Positions 59,510 through 64,000 of a stretch of 64,000 bases of DNA are shown here, piece after piece. The position numbers and the translations under genes are program-made. Positions within the stretch are counted from its first letter, which is position 1, and every line of letters begins with the position of its first letter. Source of the DNA: Terriglobia bacterium (GTDB lineage: Bacteria > Acidobacteriota > Terriglobia > JAJPHL01 > JAPKYU01). The stretch covers positions 544,001 through 608,000 of the forward strand of contig CBDBKE010000004.1 of assembly GCA_965206645.1 (NCBI GenBank), written 5' to 3'. The notes beneath the pieces were generated by a model that was not told the DNA's origin, did no database searches, and worked only from the letters and a program-made list of their open reading frames with translations.

Positions 59510-60396
59510 TGAACTTCGCTCGAGCGCGCTGGCGTCTGGCTTTGACCCCCTCGCAGGATCAGCGCCACAGTGACCGCCAAAATCACCAAGGTCGCCGGGA
59601 CTGAGGCTTCCGGCCCGTACCCACCGCCGTGGAGCAACTCGGCCCCGCTGACCTCTGCCAACAGCGGTCCACATACTATTCTAATCCCACTCACGGGAAA
59701 TCCAAAAGCCGCTTCGAAAAAGTTCCAGCCCCAATGCAGCCCAATGGGCAGCCACAGTCGTCCGGTGCGCAGGTAGGCGACGGCGAACAAGATGCCCACC
59801 AACATGGTGTTAACCGTACCCACCAGGCTGGCGCTGGGATTGCTGTAATGCAGGGCGGCAAAAATGGCCCCCTGGACTAATACCGCCGCTGGCGTCCCAA
59901 GTACCTCCAGCAGCCGCTGGAAGGGGTAGCCGCGGGCCAGCAGCTCCTCGTGCACTGCTCCGGCCAGGAAAACGAAGAAAAACAGCAGCAGGCGGGCGAC
60001 ACCGTCCGCTACCGGAATGCCGCTTGGAATCACCCGCAAGTGCCCGGTGGCCCACTGTAGCAGTGCGACACCCCCTATCATGGCCAGCCCCAGCAGAAAG
60101 CCGCCAGCCAGCTGGGAAAGCCAGCCCGGCTCGCCTCCCAGCCCGACAAAGCTAAGCGGTCGGTGCTCCACCGCCCCCAGCATGAACCATGTGGCCATTG
60201 CCACCGCCAACAACCCTGCGATCACCGAGAACAGCACGAATTGCAGGTTGGCCGTAGGCGGGGATGCCGGAAACGGCAACAATCCCATCACCACCCAGGC
60301 AGAAAGCACATACAGGAGAACGAACAGAAAGAAGCGCCAGGCCGCCCGCAAACGACCCGGCGAGCCAGTAAACGGAAGGGGAAACTTAGGGGTCAT
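59506..60396 (-). CDS. CPBP (CAAX/Abi) intramembrane metalloprotease
   Basis: EELLARGY, FAALH, HWGWN, GGYGPEAS. Confidence 0.9.
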   Translation of the reverse strand: MTPKFPLPFTGSPGRLRAAWRFFLFVLLYVLSAWVVMGLLPFPASPPTANLQFVLFSVIAGLLAVAMATWFMLGAVEHRPLSFVGLGGEPGWLSQLAGGFLLGLAMIGGVALLQWATGHLRVIPSGIPVADGVARLLLFFFVFLAGAVHEELLARGYPFQRLLEVLGTPAAVLVQGAIFAALHYSNPSASLVGTVNTMLVGILFAVAYLRTGRLWLPIGLHWGWNFFEAAFGFPVSGIRIVCGPLLAEVSGAELLHGGGYGPEASVPATLVILAVTVALILRGGQSQTPARSSEVQ

Positions 60397-60532
60397 GGTT
60401 CAACCCTGGTCACTGCGATCCTGGCGCGGTCTCGGCGATTCTGGCCCGGTTACTGCGATTCTGGCGAGGCTGCTCCCTTGCCATTCCGAACGAAGCGAGG
60501 AATCTGCTTTTTCAACCGAGTAGCTTGCCGTT

Positions 60533-61543
60533 TCATGTCCGGCACACCCGGACGGCGAGTCCGCGGGCCGAGATGCCGACAGGCAGGATACGGCCGCCTT
60601 GGCTCGCCAGCGCCTGGGCCACGCGTCGCTTGGCGCCGTCCTCCACGTAGAACAGCACGCAACCCCCGCCTCCGGCTCCGCAGACCTTGGCCGCGGTGGC
60701 CCCGTGGCGGGAAGCCACTCGGGTCAGGCGCTCAATGAGCGGCGTTGTGATGCCCGGGGCGTTTCTCTTGCGATGGTTCCATTCGGCCTGGATCAAGCGA
60801 CCCACTTCTTCCCAGTCCTGCCGCTCCAGCGCCCACCGAAGCAGCCGCGAAATTTCGGCGATACGCGTGAAGTTGCGGATCACCCGCTTGTCACCATCAA
60901 TGTGCGCTTTCATCACCTCCCAGTTGTTGATGCCCGACTCGCGTGGGAACCCGGTGTAGGCCAGCACGAGCCGGCGCAGCAGCGCTCCGCTGTCCACCCG
61001 AACTCGTTCCCGGATCACGCCGCCGGGCGTCAGCCGAATGGCGTTCACGCCACCATAGGTCGCCGGATAAAAGTCCTGATCCCCGGTGGGCACGCGGATC
61101 ACTTGGGCCTCCACGTTGTGGGCAATCTCCACCAATTTGGACTTGGGGAAGCCTGCCCCGGTCCACTGGTTGAGCGCCCCGCACACGGCTATGTTCAGGG
61201 CCGAGGAGCCGGCGATACCGGCTCCGGCCGGGGCCTCCGAGGTGGTGGTCAGCGTCAGGCCTTGGAGCGGCGCAAAGAAGCGGATCAGGCGAGCTAACAA
61301 AGGGAGCTTGTAGCGATCGGCCTTGATCAGCTGCGCGAGGTTCCCGAAAGTCTCGCCGAGTCCCAGATCGTGGGATTTAAGGTGAATCCGCTTGTCGCGC
61401 CGAGGCTCGATGACGCAGGTGGCGTAGAGCGTGGTAGCGAAGTTGATCGTCTGGGCGTCCTCGTGGAACAGGTAGAGCGGCCAGATGTCCAACGTGCCGC
61501 CGGCCAGATCCACCCGCGTGGGGGCGCGGCTGACGATTTTCAT
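60533..61543 (-). CDS. GHMP kinase (HddA-like sugar-phosphate kinase)
   Basis: APTRVDLAGGTLD, PAGAGIAGSSA, GDQD, KVCGAGGGG. Confidence 0.88.
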   Translation of the reverse strand: MKIVSRAPTRVDLAGGTLDIWPLYLFHEDAQTINFATTLYATCVIEPRRDKRIHLKSHDLGLGETFGNLAQLIKADRYKLPLLARLIRFFAPLQGLTLTTTSEAPAGAGIAGSSALNIAVCGALNQWTGAGFPKSKLVEIAHNVEAQVIRVPTGDQDFYPATYGGVNAIRLTPGGVIRERVRVDSGALLRRLVLAYTGFPRESGINNWEVMKAHIDGDKRVIRNFTRIAEISRLLRWALERQDWEEVGRLIQAEWNHRKRNAPGITTPLIERLTRVASRHGATAAKVCGAGGGGCVLFYVEDGAKRRVAQALASQGGRILPVGISARGLAVRVCRT

Positions 61544-62586
61544 GCGCTTTTCCGTTTACTTTTCCTGGGGGGTTTCCTCAACCGCTCCACTTCTCCCTTC
61601 AGGTCCCGAACCGTGTGGAACAGTTCGGGTAGACGGCTGAAGGCGGTGATGCAGCGCAGCCACAGCTTGTTGTCCAGGCCGGGCGCGCCGGAAATCATCT
61701 GCCCTGCGGGGACATCGCGGTGGACAGCCGACTTGGCAGTCAGCACGGCGCCGTCGCCCATCTTGAGGTGGCCGGCCGAAGCAGCCTGACCGGCCAGTAG
61801 CACATTGCGGCCCAGTTCGGTGCTGCCCGCCAACCCTACCTGGGCGCACAGCAGACTATTCTCGCCGACCGTGCAGGCGTGGCCCACCTGCACCAGGTTG
61901 TCAATCTTGGCGCCGGCCTTGATGCGTGTCTCGCCCACCGTTCCCCGGTCAATGCAGCTATGGGCCTGCACTTCCACGTCATCTTCCAGGATCACCACGC
62001 CCGCCTGCACGATTTTGTAGTGACTGCCATCGTCCTGGCGGGCAAACCCGTAGCCGTCGGAGCCGAGGATGACGCCGTTTTGCAAGATGACCCGGTCACC
62101 GATCCGGCAATACTCTCGGACCACAGCGTGGCTGTGGGCATAGAAATCGTTTCCAATGCGCGCCCCGCGATAGACGGCTACATGGGAATGCAGCACGGCG
62201 TTGTCGCCAATCTCCACGTCCTCATCAATGGAGACGAAAGGACCCACGCTGGCGTTTTTTCCCAGATGTGCGCTGGCCGCGACCGCTGCCTGCGGATGAA
62301 CGCCCGGCACGGGTCGTGGCGGGCGGTAGAACAACTCCAGCGCCCGAGCAAAGCACAGGTAAGGATTGGGCGAGCGGAGCACCGGTCGCCCGATGGACCC
62401 TATGTCGGGGGAGACAATGGCCGCCGCCGCCCGGGTCTGGCTCAACCTGGGCGCATAGCGCGGGTTGGTTAGAAAGGTCAGTTCGGAGGGTCCGGCCTGC
62501 TCCATGCCGGCAACGCCGGTGATCTCCAACTCGCCGTCGCCCTCCAGGGCGCAGCTCAGCCGTTCAGCAATTTTGGAAAGTTTCAT
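61540..62586 (-). CDS. lpxD: UDP-3-O-(3-hydroxyacyl)glucosamine N-acyltransferase
   Basis: Hexapeptide repeats, GSDGYGF, IDRG, KIDNLVQVGH. Confidence 0.95.
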   Translation of the reverse strand: MKLSKIAERLSCALEGDGELEITGVAGMEQAGPSELTFLTNPRYAPRLSQTRAAAAIVSPDIGSIGRPVLRSPNPYLCFARALELFYRPPRPVPGVHPQAAVAASAHLGKNASVGPFVSIDEDVEIGDNAVLHSHVAVYRGARIGNDFYAHSHAVVREYCRIGDRVILQNGVILGSDGYGFARQDDGSHYKIVQAGVVILEDDVEVQAHSCIDRGTVGETRIKAGAKIDNLVQVGHACTVGENSLLCAQVGLAGSTELGRNVLLAGQAASAGHLKMGDGAVLTAKSAVHRDVPAGQMISGAPGLDNKLWLRCITAFSRLPELFHTVRDLKGEVERLRKPPRKSKRKSA

Positions 62587-62635
62587 GGGAGTTAGCGTTC
62601 CAGTTCGAGGATGAGGCCAATGGGCCGAGCCACGG

Positions 62636-63136
62636 CTATTCGGTAAACAGTCGGATTTGCGCCTGCGCCGCTACCGCAGCGCGCTTCTTCTGCCTCAGCG
62701 GGTGCCTGAGCGGGTTCCCAATCACTCCCATGACGGTCAGTTCAGCCAGCGAAGACTTTGGGACATAAATCCGCTGACTGTTCGCATAGGGGTCTGGGGG
62801 AACCACGGTGAAACCTTTTTCGCCGACCAGCAAAAGGTTGTTGGGCAAGATGCCGTCCAACACTTCGTTGTCCTTGAATTTCATCCGCAGCCACAGGCCG
62901 TCCAACTTGGGCCGGGAAGTGAACACCTTGCGCTCCAGGTGGCTGGGATTGCCTTCGAAGTCCCGGACGAAATGGACACCCTTGACCTCCTTGTAGGACA
63001 GGGAGACAACCTGCCCGGTGACAGAAAGTATCTCAACCCCTTCAGATTTGAGGAAAGTTTGGGGATTCACATAGCCACGCACGACCTCCTTATTCATTTT
63101 TCGAACCAAGACCCGCTTGTGTGTGGACTGACTCAA
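62636..63136 (-). CDS. Conserved hypothetical protein (DUF6982-like)
   Basis: STHKRVLVRK, FVRDF, RPKLDGLWLR.KFKDNEVLDG, PPD..NSQRIYVP; likely TTG start at 63136. Confidence 0.65.
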   Translation of the reverse strand: MSQSTHKRVLVRKMNKEVVRGYVNPQTFLKSEGVEILSVTGQVVSLSYKEVKGVHFVRDFEGNPSHLERKVFTSRPKLDGLWLRMKFKDNEVLDGILPNNLLLVGEKGFTVVPPDPYANSQRIYVPKSSLAELTVMGVIGNPLRHPLRQKKRAAVAAQAQIRLFTE

Positions 63137-63256
63137 GGTCGCGCCAGACACCCCATCGCGCCCTTTTGCCCCAAGGCGTCGGGCTATGCTAGTATAGCGT
63201 TCGTGGGATGTCAAGCTGACCAGGGCGTAACTCACTCATTTCTGGAGACTTCGTAG

Positions 63257-64000
63257 CTGTCCTCGAAAGATACAAAGCAGATTTTACGGTCGGCGGTGAC
63301 TATTAGCACGCTGACCCTGGTCAGCCGCGTATTGGGCTACGTCCGCGACCAGCGAATTGCCTACATTCTGGGCACCTCCGTGGTTAGTGATTCCTTCGTC
63401 CTTGCCTACAGGATTCCCAATCTTCTCAGAAGGTTAGTGGCGGAAGGTTCAATGAGCGCCTCATTTATCCCCGTTTTCGCCACCTTCCTCAAGGGAAAGG
63501 AGAGCCACGAGTGGAGGGAATTTGCCAATCGCATGTTCTGGACGCTCTCGCTCTTGCTGGCGGCTGTGACTGTACTGGGCGTCATTTTCTCTCCCACCCT
63601 GGTGGACTTGTTGACGCTGGGCACCGGCAATGTGGACCTCGAGCTGGCGGTTCTGCTGAACCGCATCATGTGGCCTTACATTTTCTTCATCGGCCTGTCA
63701 GCGCTCGCCATGGCCATCCTGAACAGCTTTCGGATCTTCGCCGTCCCGGCGCTGGCCCCGGTGCTGTTGAACCTGAGTGTCATTGGCTTTTCTCTGGTAG
63801 CCCTCCGCTTCAAGCAGCCCGCAATTCCACTGGCGTTTGGAGTCGTACTTGGTGGTCTCCTCCAGCTAGCCCTGCAGCTTCCCTTGCTGTGGAGGCACGG
63901 GATGCGCTTCAGCTTCGGAATTTCCTTTCGCCACCCGGGAATCCGTCGAGTGGCTAAGCTGATGGTGCCCGGGCTTGTGGGAATTGGCGTGGCTCAGATC
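63257..64000 (+). CDS. murJ: Lipid II flippase MurJ (runs off the window)
   Basis: ILRSAVTISTLTLVSRVLGYVRD...SDSFVLAYRIPNLLRRLVAEGSMSASFIPVF. Confidence 0.93.
   Translation, partial: MSSKDTKQILRSAVTISTLTLVSRVLGYVRDQRIAYILGTSVVSDSFVLAYRIPNLLRRLVAEGSMSASFIPVFATFLKGKESHEWREFANRMFWTLSLLLAAVTVLGVIFSPTLVDLLTLGTGNVDLELAVLLNRIMWPYIFFIGLSALAMAILNSFRIFAVPALAPVLLNLSVIGFSLVALRFKQPAIPLAFGVVLGGLLQLALQLPLLWRHGMRFSFGISFRHPGIRRVAKLMVPGLVGIGVAQI

Overview
The window has two parts. Positions ~1-25,080 are an accessory, decaying genomic-island region. It holds the 5' end of a type 1 BREX operon (brxA-brxB-brxC, running off the left edge) behind a DUF4143 AAA ATPase, and three tandem 3'-half copies of tRNA-Arg(UCU) that bracket single-gene modules (RNase D; DEAD-box helicase). 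It also carries an intact and a deleted P4-type tyrosine integrase flanking an Fe3+ ABC transporter, remnants of IS5, IS1595, IS630, IS3, IS6 and IS21, a tmRNA-like 3' fragment, a TA pair with a dead toxin and an IrrE/ImmA metallopeptidase. It ends at a tRNA-Val(CAC) gene that has its promoter and 5' half but no 3' half. Positions ~25,100-64,000 look like core chromosome, probably of an Acidobacteriota-like organism (inference from gene content): moxR, ychF-like, ZIP, TPM-nucleotidyltransferase-lemA, ECF sigma module, glcD-like, nfi, dnaE-accA, pit, an uncharacterised Fe-S/DPS-like/Cys-rich trio, a radical SAM protein, aceE-like, pgk-gap, lpxD and murJ. The best candidates for something undescribed are the tRNA-att-delimited single-gene array, the split tRNA-Val, the Fe-S/DPSL redox trio and the TPM-NTase-LemA operon. 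All calls come from reading motifs by eye; no database searches were run.
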